A stretch of DNA of 64,000 nt from Octopus vulgaris (GCA_951406725.2 OX597816.1:18724001-18788000), one strand, 5' to 3'; positions 1 through 13,799 are shown, numbered from the stretch's first letter. Notes: generated by a model not told the origin, from the letters alone. Made by a program: numbers and translations.

Positions 1-722
1 CTTTTCAATAACGTAGCATTTTTACCTTAATGAACAAGGTGATATTGAGAGGAACACTGTCAATACAAATACCAACCAAGCCAAGACTTTTGTGTCATGT
101 AACACGATCTAAATTGTTTTTGCTTTCGTATGTTCTTTGCGTTTAAATAAAGACTTCGCCTGCAGTTATGACAAAGCAAATTAAATTCTTATTTTTGGCA
201 ATATGAAATATTTAACTACTGCGGCTAAGCTCATCCAAACTAAAACCTCTTTTTCATTTATGTAACCGGAATGTTTATTTGCCTGAAAGTCATGTCTCTC
301 CTGAAATACTAGACGGTATTTTGCAGACATTACCTACTGCCCAAAACCTACCTTGGAGACGAAGAAAAAAAGTAAACGAAGCTATATCACTGTGATTGCG
401 ATCCCTAACTCTCACACAAGTGTTATATTCAACTAACGAAGGATATTCATCCCACTGGTTCAAGTAAGTGGTATACACAGCTTAAAAATATTTTAAACTC
501 ATATTTTGAAGATGAATTTCACAGAAGTTACATTATTTACATTTGTCCTCATCTTGTTTGTTGTTAACACAACGTTTCGGCTGATAAACCCTACAGACAC
601 CTTGAGGTGTCTTGGGGAGATTAACTACTACGCTATGTGCCCCCGGGCATATGCCGTAGTGGTTCAGAGCTCGGGCTACTAACCCCAAGATTCCGAGTTC
701 GATTTCAAGCAGTGACCTGAAC

Positions 723-860
<138 letters not shown>

Positions 861-909
861 CATCGAAAAGTACCTTAGGAATGAGAACTCAGATTCGAAA
901 TTTCCCCAA

Positions 910-955
910 GACACCTGATGAAGGCTGGAGGGTATATCAGCCGAAACGTTGTGTT
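910..955 (+). ncRNA. Minimal type I hammerhead ribozyme, intact core
   Basis: gacac-CTGATGA-a-GGCTG(gagggtatat)CAGCC-GAAA-CG-TT-gtgtt. Stem I gacac/gtgtt, stem II GGCTG/CAGCC, palindromic stem III ACGT, predicted cleavage after GUU at 950. Confidence 0.8.
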
Positions 956-1546
956 AACAATAAACACAATGAGGACAATTATCCGTCGAATGTAAATAAT
1001 GTAAATAATATACATAATTCCTCATGTCTTAAATATAGAACCGTACGAATTTCACAGGTAGTTCAAATTATCATTAAATAATTAAAAGATATTTTAAAGT
1101 AATAAATGGATCACCCTCTTTCATGTTAAGCATTAATATTGATATCTCTGATGAATGCATAAATACATATGAGTTTTAATACATGCTTGTGAATGGCTAC
1201 TGTAAACCTGAAAAAGCAAATGTAAATGTCTAGAATGCACGAAGTAATAACATTACAAATGTTACTCTGGAGGAGAGAGAAATTAGCACAAAAATCAATC
1301 CGTATTGTAGAATAGAACAAATATCATCAACAGGTGTAATATCATTCCAAAGTAATCCAGTTTCACCACACTTTAAAATTTACACAAATACACAGCGATG
1401 CTGTGGTCCTGATACTGAAGAGGTGAGCGATCACTTGAGAGACTCCGACTGAAAACTACTAAACTGTTTCAATAGCCACAGTGAAGTAAATGTTTCTTTG
1501 TAAATGAAAGCGTATGTATAGATAAACGTTAAACAAAACATTTGTA

Positions 1547-1962
1547 TCTCTTTACTCTTTTACTCTTTTACTTGTTTCAGTCATTTGACTGCGGCCATGC
1601 TGGAGCACCGCCTTTAGTCGAGAAAATCGACCCCGGGACTTATTCTTTGTAAGCCCAGTACTTATTCTATCAGATTTTTTGCCGAACCGCTAAGTGACGG
1701 GGACGTAAACACACCAGCATCGGTTGTCAAGCAATGCTAGGGGGACAAACACAGACACACAAACACACACACATACATATATCTATATATAAATATATAC
1801 GACAAGCTTCTTTCAGTTTCCGTCTACCAAATCCACTCACAAAGCATTGGTCGGCCCGGGGCTATAGCAGAAGACACTTGCCCAAGATGCCACGCAGTGG
1901 GACTGAACCCGGAACCATGTGGTTCGTAAGCAAGCTAATTACCACACAGCCACTCCTGCGCC
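1547..1962 (-). mobile_element. tRNA-derived SINE family A (CORE-like domain, internal CA/TA microsatellite, CR1-like tail)
   Basis: Head GGAGTGGCTGTGTGGT...GGGTTCAGTCCC, CORE-like CTTGGGCAAGTG, tail GGTGCTCCAGCATGGCCGCAGTCAAATGACTGAAAC followed by (GTAAAAGA)n. About 12 copies in the window. Confidence 0.9.
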
Positions 1963-2631
1963 ATGACATTAACAAAATATTTGGACGTTAACAAAATATT
2001 TTCACTTGTGATCTCGAATGAAAGAAATATAAATTAGTATTCAACATGGCTTGAAAGAAAGAATTAGTATTACGCGGAGAAATTTCACGGTTATTTTGGA
2101 AACTTCATATTTTTCTTAAGCATTGCCTTCTTGAGATCTAAACAAGACAAGTTAATCTATAAATCTATCTGTCTGTCTGTCTGTCTATCTATTTAGCTAG
2201 CTTGCTAGCTAGATAGACAACAGGTAGATATATAGACAGGTGGGTAGCTAGTTGCTAGCTAGCTAGCTATCTTCCTACCTATCTACCTACCTATGTATCT
2301 ACCTGCCTACCTGCCTACCTAACTATCACTCTGTCTCGCTCTCTCTCTCTCTCTCTACATATATGTCTACTTTATCTACCTACCCATCTACCTACAATTC
2401 TATCTACCAACCTACTAAACGACGTACATATATACCTATTACCTACTTACCTACCGACCGGCCATCATACCTGTCTACATTTCCTACCTAGCTACCTACC
2501 TACCTATCTAACTACCACCTTAATTACATACCTACATACTTACATACATACTTGTATACACATACGTACCTACAGACATATGTGTGTGTTAATTAATGTG
2601 TGTGCATGTATATATGTATGTATATATGTAT

Positions 2632-2931
2632 GTGATCACGTGACCCACCAGACCATCAGATGTTGTTACACATCGCTGGTCACAATGCGTTCGCATTGTT
2701 TTAGCCTCCCAATGACGCCACCCCGCTGGCTAAGCGAGTAGGCCAACAGAAGAAAGAGTGGGAGAAAGAGTGGTGAAAGAGTACAGCAGGGATCACACCC
2801 CTGCCGGAGCCTCGTGGAGCTTTTAGGTGTTTTCGCTCAATAAACACTCACAACGCCCGGTCTGGGAATCGAAACCGCGATCCTACAACCGCGAGTCCGC
2901 TGCCCTAACCACTGGGCCATTGCGCCTCCAC
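2632..2931 (-). mobile_element. tRNA-derived SINE, head C + tail 1
   Basis: Head GGAGGCGCAATGGCCCAGTGGTTAG...GGTTTCGATTCCC; near-identical to 33613-33920. Confidence 0.9.
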
Positions 2932-3682
2932 TTGTATATCTCATAATCCATTGAACGATAAAATACCAATCGAGTGTTTCTGACAATGTATTTCACAATG
3001 AGATATTTTGCATCACCTACTGTTGTTTCTGCTGCTGCTGGTCAGTTACAAGCAGCCGATCAAACATTGAATAACTATACTGTCACATGAAAACCGCATC
3101 AAAATTTGAATACAAATGCGAGAGGAGCCCCACGGTTATGTGTTGTATAGCATACTTATATATGAACTTTTTAAAAGGAGTGTATTTATATATATCGTTT
3201 AGAGATTCCGCATTTACCTCTAATGTCGCATGAGCTCAATTACTATTTATCACGTATGTACTAGACATAAACTGATATAATGATATAATTATACATTTCG
3301 CAATTATGGGCGTAATTATGGACAATACATAACATCCAAAATTATGTCTTTCACCACGCAATCCATGTCATAATACATTCGTGTCTAAGCACAATGCTAC
3401 TGTGATATTTAGTTTGTGCTAATTTATTAGTATAATTGATCAGAAGCCGACTTGGCCAAAGTTACATTGTCCATGACCTCAGATTACAATTTATGCGTAG
3501 GTAAATATATAAGTATTGAACTCTGTTGTATACTTCCTGCTGCAACATCATAAATAGGGTGTGTGTGTGTGTGTGTTCAAATGAGAGAGAGAGAGCGAGA
3601 GAAGGAGACAGAGAGAGATTTAATTCTTGTTTCAAAAGTCCAAACTGCTTTCTATCTATCTCAGAGAAAATGCAAATGCGAT

Positions 3683-4031
3683 GCTGAGCGCTGAGACACC
3701 CTTCGGTCATGACTGACCATGGGATTGCACCTAGAAAGTTTACCCTCCCACGCACAAGTCCGGGCAAAATTGTTTATGGAAGACCAGCAGTTGCCCCTGC
3801 ATACCGGCCTCCCGTCTCCACACCACCAGTGTTATCCAAGGGAAAGGCTAAGGGGCCGATACAGCTTGGCACCTGTGACGTCGTAACTCATTTCTACAGC
3901 TGAGTGAACTGGAGCAACGTGAAATAAAGTGTCTTGCTCAAGAATATAACACGCAGCCCGGTCCGGAATTCGGACTCACAACCTCACGAACATAAGCTAG
4001 ACTCTTTAACCACTGAGCCATGTGCCTTCAC
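3683..4031 (-). mobile_element. tRNA-derived SINE, head D + tail 4
   Basis: Head shared with the 8353 copy (CTTGAGCAAGACACTTTATTTCACGTTGCTCCAG). TSD TGCAAATGC(G/A)AT at 3671-3682 and 4032-4043. Confidence 0.85.
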
Positions 4032-4662
4032 TGCAAATGCAATTCAGATAATTCTTTTCATTAACGGAAGTACTATTAGGCCCTGTGCCTAGTTCTAAGG
4101 AATTAACATTAACACTAACAAATATGTACTGGAGATCACCTTATCTGTTAGAACAGATTTATTAGCGGCAACAAGAAACCGCTGTATGCACTTTTCGATT
4201 CAATATCAGAAAATTCTTCTCATTAGCTCATAAACTACTTCTTCTGAATCCTTTCAGATAATTAGAGGCTACATGACTGTGAACCACTAGGAGATCAAAA
4301 TCGTAATGTACATATATCACTTGTCATCTTTGGAGAAGATTCCCCCTCCGAAAATTAACGATGATGTAAATCATGTTGTTCATATCATTGCTTTGCTGTG
4401 TTCGCCTGAAATATGCGAAAGCAAGCTTCTCTAATAAGGAATAATACTGACAATGTGGATTAAACGCCGTAGCTCAATTTATAACCAACGCTTAATCTCT
4501 TCTTTCATTTATCGGGTAGAATTTTACATTTTACTCTTTCATTCTTTAACGTATATCACTCATTGAAATGTGACCATGCCGGAGCATTACATTCAATGCT
4601 TTAATCGAAATAACCGACCGACTCTAACATTTATATATTTAAAATCTGGTACATGTTGTTTT

Positions 4663-4952
4663 GTGGAGGCGCAATGGCCCAGTGGTTAGGGCAGCATGCT
4701 CGCGGTTGGGGGATCGCGGTTTCGATTCCCAGACCGGGCGTTGTGTGTGCTTATTGAACCAAAACACCTACAGCTCCACAAGGCTCCGGCAGGGGGTGGT
4801 CACGACCCCTGTTGTACTCTTTCGCCCCAACTTTCTGTCACTTTTTCTTCCTGTTTTTTTGAGTAACGCTGCGATGGACAGGCGTCCCGTCCAGCTGGGG
4901 GGAATACATACGCCATAGAAACCGGGAAACCGGACACAAAGGGCGCATAAAA
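4663..4952 (+). mobile_element. tRNA-derived SINE, head C + tail 2
   Basis: Head C; tail GCGATGGAC..GGCGTCCCGTCCAGC...GAAACCGGGAAACCGG. Confidence 0.85.
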
Positions 4953-5043
4953 AAATATTGTTTTAGTATTTTTGCCAAGTTACTAGGACATCCAGAGGCA
5001 AGCAAATCGACATTTGTCCTTGAGTTGTCGGGCGCCCCCACCC

Positions 5044-5155
<112 letters not shown>

Positions 5156-6159
5156 ATAGGAAACTACTCCAAACATTTCCTACCCATCAAATTCACTCGA
5201 GAGGCGTTATTCGAAAGGGTCCCACTGCTGAAAGTGCTTCTTAACCATGCACAAAGCCATCAGTTTTCTAACAAGGCCTACAGCAACTGCACTTCAAATA
5301 CAAATTGGTACTCTAACCCTAACCCTAATTCTCTTTGTACTCTATGTCGCGTTTTTGGCAATGCAACAACGAACTATTTCCTAATAAATAATTTCCTGTC
5401 GATAATTGCAGTCCGTAGCTCGGATCATGCAAATATGGCTGAATTGAACGTTGCTCTGACTCCTTTGAATGAAAAGTTGTGTTTCGTACTTGTTTCATTA
5501 TAGTCTCTTGTACTTTGATCGAGAGTTCTATAATTTTGGAAACTAGTTATATATTAGGTTGGCCTTGTTTGATATATAATCGGTTTCATATATCTTGCTT
5601 TATAATGAAAAAAAAATCAAACATTTTCATCTTAGACTACTGGCTTGAGATTTATCAATTAATTTTGATGAACAGTAGTAGCAGTAGAAGTAGTTGTTGT
5701 TGTAGAGGAGATGGAGGGAGAAGGAGAAGAAGGAGAGTAAGGAGGAGAAGAAGGAGAAGAGGAAGAAAAAGAAGAAGAAGAAGAAGAAGAAGAAGAAGAA
5801 GAATAAAAAGAAGAACGAGAAGAAGAAGAATGCGTTAATAGGTGACATTAATAAATGCGTTAATAAATGCGTTAATAGGTGACATTAATGGCCGGGGTTA
5901 CCGTAGCCTTTTCCGTAGGCTTTTCTTTCCATGGATAAACCATATCTGCTTCCCCCTTTACACTTTACATCATGACATTTCTGCGATACACGATCCCTAT
6001 TGATCGTTTTTTCATTTTTTTTTTCCTTTCTACGATCCCTTTTGATCGAAGACCTACCCCACATTTTTTTCTCCCCAAGAAGAAAAGCTCTACTTTGTAA
6101 TTTGTCCCGTCTATGCCTAATCCTGTGTGGCTAATAAAGAAACATAGCAATCTTCCTGT

Positions 6160-6630
<471 letters not shown>

Positions 6631-7439
6631 CCATTTATCTCTGTCTATACACATATCTATCTTTATTTCTCTTTAACACAGTGTGGCATGCCTGTTTTGA
6701 TCACGTACGTGTTTAGACGTACGTTTCTGATGTCAGTGTGGCTGCGTGTTGCAAAGAAGATAACTCTAGACATTCATCAAGGTATTAGTTAAGCACGATT
6801 CTTCACAAAGAACTTATCGTAATCATGTGACAAAAGAAAACGAAACAAGTCTCATAATACATTGTGATAAACTGAATATATTTAAAAATCGGTAACACTT
6901 TTATCAAAATCAGAATGCTGATCACATGATTTGTCTTGCTTTGATAAGCATTAAAAGTTAATATTATTGCTATTGCTACCGATTTCCCAAGATATCTAGT
7001 TTTTACGTTATGTTATCTTAGTATTAGTAATATTTTTTTTTTATGTTAGTTAACCATTTATTCATTTAGAAATATATTTTTTTATGTATTTCATGCTTAA
7101 TATTTGGAACAATAGTATATAATACACAGACAGGCATATTTATTTCGCGATCATATTGCACAACTCCGAAAATGCGAGTGCATACATGTAGTTTAAGTAA
7201 GTACATTTACAATGGAATAATTACAAAACTGCACGCTCAACATGCACTCTAACGATCTGTAATAAACCGTCATCTAATTTCAATTGTTAATAGGCAAAAA
7301 TTACACTAAATATTCACTAAGAAGTGTGTATAGGTAGAGGTCAGAGATTAGTAGAAAATCTATAGTATATACGTACGTATGTATGTATATATATACATAT
7401 ATACATATACATATATATATATATGTATGTATATATGTA

Positions 7440-7470
<31 letters not shown>

Positions 7471-7538
7471 GTACGCATATATATACATATATATATTTAT
7501 GTAAGCATATATCTATGTATATATATATATATACATGT

Positions 7539-7599
<61 letters not shown>

Positions 7600-8352
7600 A
7601 TCAACTTCATGTTTCATGCTTTGAAAATCTCCGATGTTCATGATGATTCTTCTGTGATTATTTCAAATTTCTTTTCTGTATAATGGAAAATGATTACAAG
7701 TAATGATTTCTTTATAGATAATGTAATACTTAATTATAATGGGAATTCATTGTTTCATAATCTATGTTTTATTATTTTTTTTGTATTTTTACTCTCAAAT
7801 TTTACATCTTTTTCGTGTAGAAACAGTAATTTTCGCCGTCGTGAAGTCGTATCACGATTTCGTTACCAACTGCAACAATTGCCAAAATATTTTGAACTCG
7901 ACTGGAACCAACTAATTTACCTTAGATATCCATAATCTGACATCGTTCTGCTGAAAATTCCAGAACAATTATTACTCATTCCATCTGCTTCACTATCAAA
8001 CATATACAGAAATAAAACTGAATTAAATGAATAAGTTTTGTGCCTTATCTCTGCAAAATTGCCAGAAGAAATGCCACGTAACCTGGCATCATGATTTCTA
8101 ATTTAGCACTTGATTCTCTTCATCGAAGCGTACTCATAGCTAACTTATATTTCACTTCAAACAATGCCTCTGTCAGTTTCAGTGTGTCCAACGCGCATTG
8201 AGAAAAGGAACTAAGTTAATAAATTTATATATATATTTAAACATTAATATTCATGAGAGATAATAGTGTTGGTGGCCGAAACATTATTATGTCTCATGAG
8301 TATCTACTTATATATATTTACATATCTTTTTATATATATTCATATTTTTAAT

Positions 8353-8678
8353 GTGAAGGCGCGTGGCTTAGTGGTTAGGGCATTCGGCTCACGCTTGTAA
8401 AGTCATGAGTTCGATTCCTGGCGACGAACTGTGTCCTTGAGCAGGACACTTTATTTCACGTTGCTCCAGTCCACTCAGCTGACAAAAATGAGTTGTACCT
8501 GTATTTCAAAAGACCGGCCTTGTCACACTCTGTGTCACGTTGAATCTCCCTGAGAACTACGTTAGGAGTATAAGTATCTGTGGATTGCTCTGTCACTTGC
8601 ACGTTAATTTCACGAGCAAGCTGATCCGTTGATCATATCAGCTGGGACCCTCGTTGTCGTAACCGACGGAGTGCTCCT
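8353..8678 (+). mobile_element. tRNA-derived SINE, head D + tail 3
   Basis: A and B boxes present. Tail GTTGTACCTGTATTTCAAA...GTCGTAACCGAC is shared with head-C copies at 19868 and 45262. Confidence 0.85.
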
Positions 8679-9168
8679 ATATTCTTAATACAACAATTAT
8701 TTTACACACGTATATATCTTTCTAAAGAATTTTCTAATATTGATTTCTTGATATTAATAATAATATATTATAAAATATATATAATCGCTCTTATACTTTA
8801 ATACTATTAATACTTTGATACAATAGAGCACTCGATATGAATTCAGTATATAATATTCTCATTGAATATATTTAACTAAATGTTTTTATAGAAACAAAAC
8901 TAAATGAAATATACGTCCATATACCTTTTGAATCTTATTTATGTATCCTCTATATGTTTTAGTACTATTCCTGGGATAATTACAAACGTTTGTATTTTAT
9001 TATGAATAATACAGACAGAGATACGCATCATTTCGCACTGGGCAATATTCTTAGGGAGATTTTACCTGTCCTCTTACATACCACTACAATCTGGTGTGGA
9101 TGTATTGACTTCCTCTCCATTTAAACTTTCTATCATTCTGCCAGAATTAGAAAGAATTGTGTATAATA

Positions 9169-9385
9169 GGTGCAGGCGTGGCTGTGTGGTTAGAAGTTTG
9201 CTTCCCAACCACATGGCTCTAGGTTCATTCCCACCGCCCGGCACGTTAGTCAACTGTCTTAAGTTATAGCATGGCGCCGACACAATCTTTGTAAGTGCAT
9301 TTGGTAGACGGAAACCGAAAGAAGCCCGTCACATATATGTGTGTGTGTCTTTGTGTCTGTGTCTGTGCCCCATCACTGCTTGACA
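9169..9385 (+). mobile_element. SINE family A, 3'-truncated
   Basis: Matches the head and body of 1547-1962. Confidence 0.8.
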
Positions 9386-9677
9386 ATAAACTGCTTGTGT
9401 TTATTAATTTATAATCCATTAATATTAGTGATTAATCATGATTTCATTGGTTAAAGAGGTTGTACTGAAAAGGTATAAAATGATAGAAATTGAAGCCTAT
9501 TTAAGTAATTTTAAAAAATATTTGAAAGAAACATCAGAGATATATTCTTACGGGTACACTTTGTAAAATAAATGATAATGATTTTTTTTTTCCGAGAAAA
9601 AATATGAGTTAAAAGGGTTGTAGAGCAACGGCCAGCATAGAAACGTTTTGTATCACTGAATATACTTTTGAGAGATA

Positions 9678-10058
9678 GGCGACGAGTTGGCAGAAACGTT
9701 AGCAGGCCGAGCGAAATGCGTAGCCGTATTTCGTCTGTCTTTACGTTCTGGGTTCAAATTCCACCGAGGTCGACTTTGCCTTTTATCCTTTCGGGGTCGA
9801 TTAAATAAGTACCAGCTACGCACTGGGGTTGATATAATCGACTTAATCCATTTGTCCGTCCTTGTTTGTCCACTCCGTGTTTAGCCCCTTGTGGGTAGTA
9901 AAGAAATATGTATTTCGTCTGTCTTTACGTTCTGGTTTCAAGACTCAGCCTTTCATCCATTCGTGGTCGATAAATTAAGTAGCAGTTGCGTACTGGAGTC
10001 GATCTAATCGACTGGCCTCTTACCCAAAATATATCTGGCCTTATGCCTTCAGTAAAAA
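9678..10058 (+). mobile_element. tRNA-derived SINE family B (central domain resembling Meta-SINE domain), dimeric form
   Basis: GTTCAAATTCC-CCGAGGTCGACTTTGCC..TCCTTTCGGGGTCGAT..AGTACCAG, repeated as a second partial unit. TSD TGAATATA(C/G)TTTTGAGA at 9657-9673 and 10060-10076. Confidence 0.85.
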
Positions 10059-10812
10059 ATGAATATAGTTTTGAGAATCAATTACAAATCAATTCAAGTG
10101 GTGCACACACACACACACACATCAGTTGAATAAAGTTATCTGGTTTTAACGCTTTTTACTACTGTATTTTAACAAAATTAGCACTTTCATATGTCATGTA
10201 CCCATGATTTGTTTAACTGACAGTTGAATTCGCGACAAACTTTAGTATCTCTCAGCACGCTCCAACCTGCTGAATTTTTAGAATAACTTTCTGATCAATC
10301 TGCATGCTCTTAAGCATCACGGTTTTCCAGGCGTTCCGATGTCCTCTAACTTGTTTATATTTATTAATCCACATCGTTAACTAGTTGTTATATTATTACT
10401 GTTATTTCCGTTCAGAACAGGTTGGAACGTAAAAAAAAAAATCAATATTATTTTATCTTTCTTCCAAATTTACTCTTGTCATTTATTTTGTGGAAGGGAA
10501 AAATTAGAAACTTTTTCTGACCGTATTTTATACAGACCAGACAGGAAATGCATTATCAGAACGATCACGCATCAACAGACGACAAGTCCAGAACACTAAT
10601 TTTCGTCAAATTCCATTGAGTGAACATGTAGAGACATGTTAACAGAAAATGTCAAGAAGTCAACTGTCAGCAATACACATTTGAAATTTGATGAGAACAT
10701 CATGTATGAAGTCGCTCATTTTGTCGAAATAACTTTAAAAAATGCGTTAAAACCAGACTTTAACTTTATTCAACTGATATACTATTCTATAAATATTCAC
10801 GCAAATTAGAAG

Positions 10813-10854
<42 letters not shown>

Positions 10855-10855
<1 letters not shown>

Positions 10856-11297
10856 CTCATTACAGATATAGGGTGAAAGATAATTAATTTAATAAAATCA
10901 ACAAATTTCACCTAGTAGTATTTTGGTATGGAAAAGGACCATATTCGGTAAAAACTTATAGAGAAAGTTTTTTTATATATAATTATAACAATAAGGATTT
11001 TGCAACAAGTTGCTTGACCACATACCGAAGAATTTTAGAAATAGCAGCCAAAGAACTACTATTTCCTTTTTCTACAAAAATATGTCTCCACAGACAATAA
11101 TATTTGTAACTCACAGACGGCAAAAAAAAAGAAGAAAAACAATGAAATCAAGCAGTCTTCGATTAATTATGGACCTACGTTTCTGGATTAGAACCATAAG
11201 ATTCATTTCCTTCATCGACATAATATTTCGATAAATAAATCTAGAAATCTTTTTTTTTTTTTCTGACATATGTGAGTTACAAATATTGTTGTCTGTG
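10855..11297 (-). mobile_element. Penelope-like terminal repeat remnant with degenerate HHR and 5' inverted partial copy
   Basis: Minus strand 11166-11224 reads attatg-TCGATGA-agga...tcca-GAAACGTAGGTC-cataat. 11271-11297 is inverted relative to 11089-11115. Homologous to 29545-29987. Confidence 0.6.
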
Positions 11298-11569
11298 ATT
11301 TTAAGAGGCTTTCATGTGAGTTGTAGAAAAATATCTAAAATTAACAGCCCCCTAATTATTGCATTTCTCGTTGACTAATATCCTCCACCATCTTCACAGA
11401 CAAAAACGTGCTTTCAAAAGTTAATTATGTATATTGTTTATCATTTGTTATATTAAAATAAATGTAGCATTTTACTGTTTCTATAGACAACACTGCGAAT
11501 ATATTAGTAGTTCTCAATCTTCGTTATAATATTTTATGCGCCTCTTCCAGTAATTATTTTTGGTTTGTT

Positions 11570-12050
11570 TCGCCTTATGGCCTTGAAACTTTACTCCCTC
11601 CAGCGTCGCCATGAGCGGTACATCATTTGTACGATGTGGAGAATATACCGCCAACTTTGCCCAAACGACCTAAACATTAGCTTCAAGGTTCATCCAAGAC
11701 TGGGACCACGGGCCATTCGTCCTCTGCCCAATTCAAGATCACAACATACCTGTACACTGCAACATAATTTCTTTTCCTCAACAGGCCCTGCCCTATTTAA
11801 CATTGTCCCGAGGGAGATCAAAAAGGTAAAGGATCCCATCAACTTTAAGCGTAATCTGGATAGATTCCTTCAAAGAATACCAGATAAGCCACCCATAATT
11901 GGATACAACTCACCCAACAAGAACTCACTACTTGAACAAAACTTGACTTAAACAGGATTCGAATAATCCTATCAGCTGGTGCTATTAAGTTAGACATGGC
12001 CTGGACCAATCTTTGGTCGAAACATATCTAAGTTTATCTAAGTTTAAGTT
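11570..12050 (+). mobile_element. 5'-truncated CR1-clade LINE (3' ~480 bp)
   Basis: Highly similar to 36922-37396 (LYSLQRR..., 3'UTR, CTAAGTTT tail repeats). Confidence 0.95.
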
Positions 12051-12999
12051 TTATACCTGTATAATTGCAAAATATAGAATTTTCACTGAACTTCATTATT
12101 ATTTTAAGTTACTATTTCTATTGTTTTTTCACTACACGAAGCATATATTGTTTTTCTTAATAACTTTACTTTAAAATACATTTTAAAAATTATTTTTAAT
12201 TTGTTCAACAAACGCACAGTAACGATATACAGTTTGATAATATACATGCTAAAAGTACTATATATCGTAGCAACAAACGTGCAGTTGGTAGAATACCTAC
12301 TATATCACCGCATTTCATTATAAGCAGGACGTGACTGGTTGGACGTTCATGTGTTCATAATTAACCCATCTTTGCTGCTAATATTCTGCTGTACATCGTT
12401 ACATGACTTATAAATAACACTGTTCCCGTGTTGATGGCTTGTATGATGGTTCCTAGATACAATTTGGATATTAGAATACGTGAATGATGCTAATTGACAA
12501 ATATATTTCACGTTAGCAAAGCGGTTGAATTTTAGAAAATATTTTATGAAAATACCTTTAAATATATGAATATGATCTTTATCGATCTTTAGAATGTTCC
12601 TTATCTGCCAATAGACGATATTTAGAAATGTTCTCAATACAAAATGGACTTTTAAACTGTTGTGTGGAGGCCCCAGACGATGAAGTAGACTAGCATAATA
12701 CGTAGATATAGAGGGAGAACTCTAGACGTCAAAAACAGAGTAGCGGTTGAGAGCTGAGCTGAGTAGAGGTCATCCAAACGTACGACATAACAGAAACGTT
12801 ACTTTAGAGTAAGGTGAGCAGGTAATACACACTACCCAGACATCATACTCTGAGCCATATTAACCGTGTGTCTATCGGTAAAGGAAAGCTAATTATTAAT
12901 AGCATCGAGAAGAGCTTGAATGTTATAAAATTACACCGGACTGCATGTTTAACTAAATGTATTATTGTATTTAAAGCATATGTTTATTATGCCATTATA

Positions 13000-13770
13000 A
13001 TTGGCGCAAAATAAAAAGGGATCGTTTCAAAAATTGCGTAAATACTCTTTATTGAGAGTTTCCTATGTATTTGATCTCTATATATTTGATTTTTGCCGGT
13101 TTCCTGTATTCTCAAGTATTTAGCTTTCTTCAACATTAAATGATTTATATTCTCATAATCATGCAGATTTACTCCAGTACTTTTAAGGAACGTTTCTCCA
13201 CTTTATTCTTCGCATAGCTCATTTCTCGATTCCGAAAGTAATCCCTGTGTCACTACTAAATAATCTTACGTTTTGCACGAAAGAGTCCCGTTGGTTCTTA
13301 TAATTGACATGGAGATTAAATCATCCGTAAATATCAGATGATTTATTTCTCCACTTTATTTTCTCAGTGAGTATAATACCTTAACTTTGTATTATATAAT
13401 CGACAAAAAGAACAATGCGATTACTAACAAAATAAATTTGGAAAGCTGTACCTTTGATATTTCCCTCAGGATCTCTATGTATACTAATCTCACTCCTCTA
13501 GTTGCTAACATTTCTTTTCAAAATCTCTATGCATTTTCTAACTGCCAGCCAATGATGTTCGGGATTTGAATTTTTTTCGGCATCGCTTGATCCGTGTGTT
13601 TTAGACAGTAGCGTAAGTTTTCTACAGTTGATGTACGTGTTGCATATATTTATGAAATTCATTCTCATAGCCATCTTGTCGATAATCAACTTCTTCGTCT
13701 CCCTCTTTCCCCAAGAGCTTTTCTGCTCAATAGGTGTTAGGTGACATTGATGTATTCTCAACATCACGTA
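13000..13770 (-). pseudogene. Heavily decayed R4/Dong-type non-LTR reverse transcriptase fragment
   Basis: Minus-strand remnants PIEQKS..ETKKLIIDKMAM, VRLVYIEILREI (cf. IRRGIFQGD) and GEINHLIFTDDL (cf. INHLLFMDDL). Confidence 0.65.
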
Positions 13771-13799
13771 CCATATTTTGTTGTTGTTATTAATTATTT

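Noticed and set aside
645-715. Possible genuine tRNA gene
   Set aside because: Acceptor and T stems do not pair properly and it is embedded in a repeat; treated as a SINE-type head. The same applies to the other SINE heads.
5830-5890. Short repeats AATGCGTTAATAGGTGACATTAAT as a CRISPR-like array
   Set aside because: Simple local slippage duplication with no unique spacers, in a eukaryotic context.
7690-8200. Possible decayed transposase or exon
   Set aside because: Stops in all frames and no motif I can recognise with confidence.
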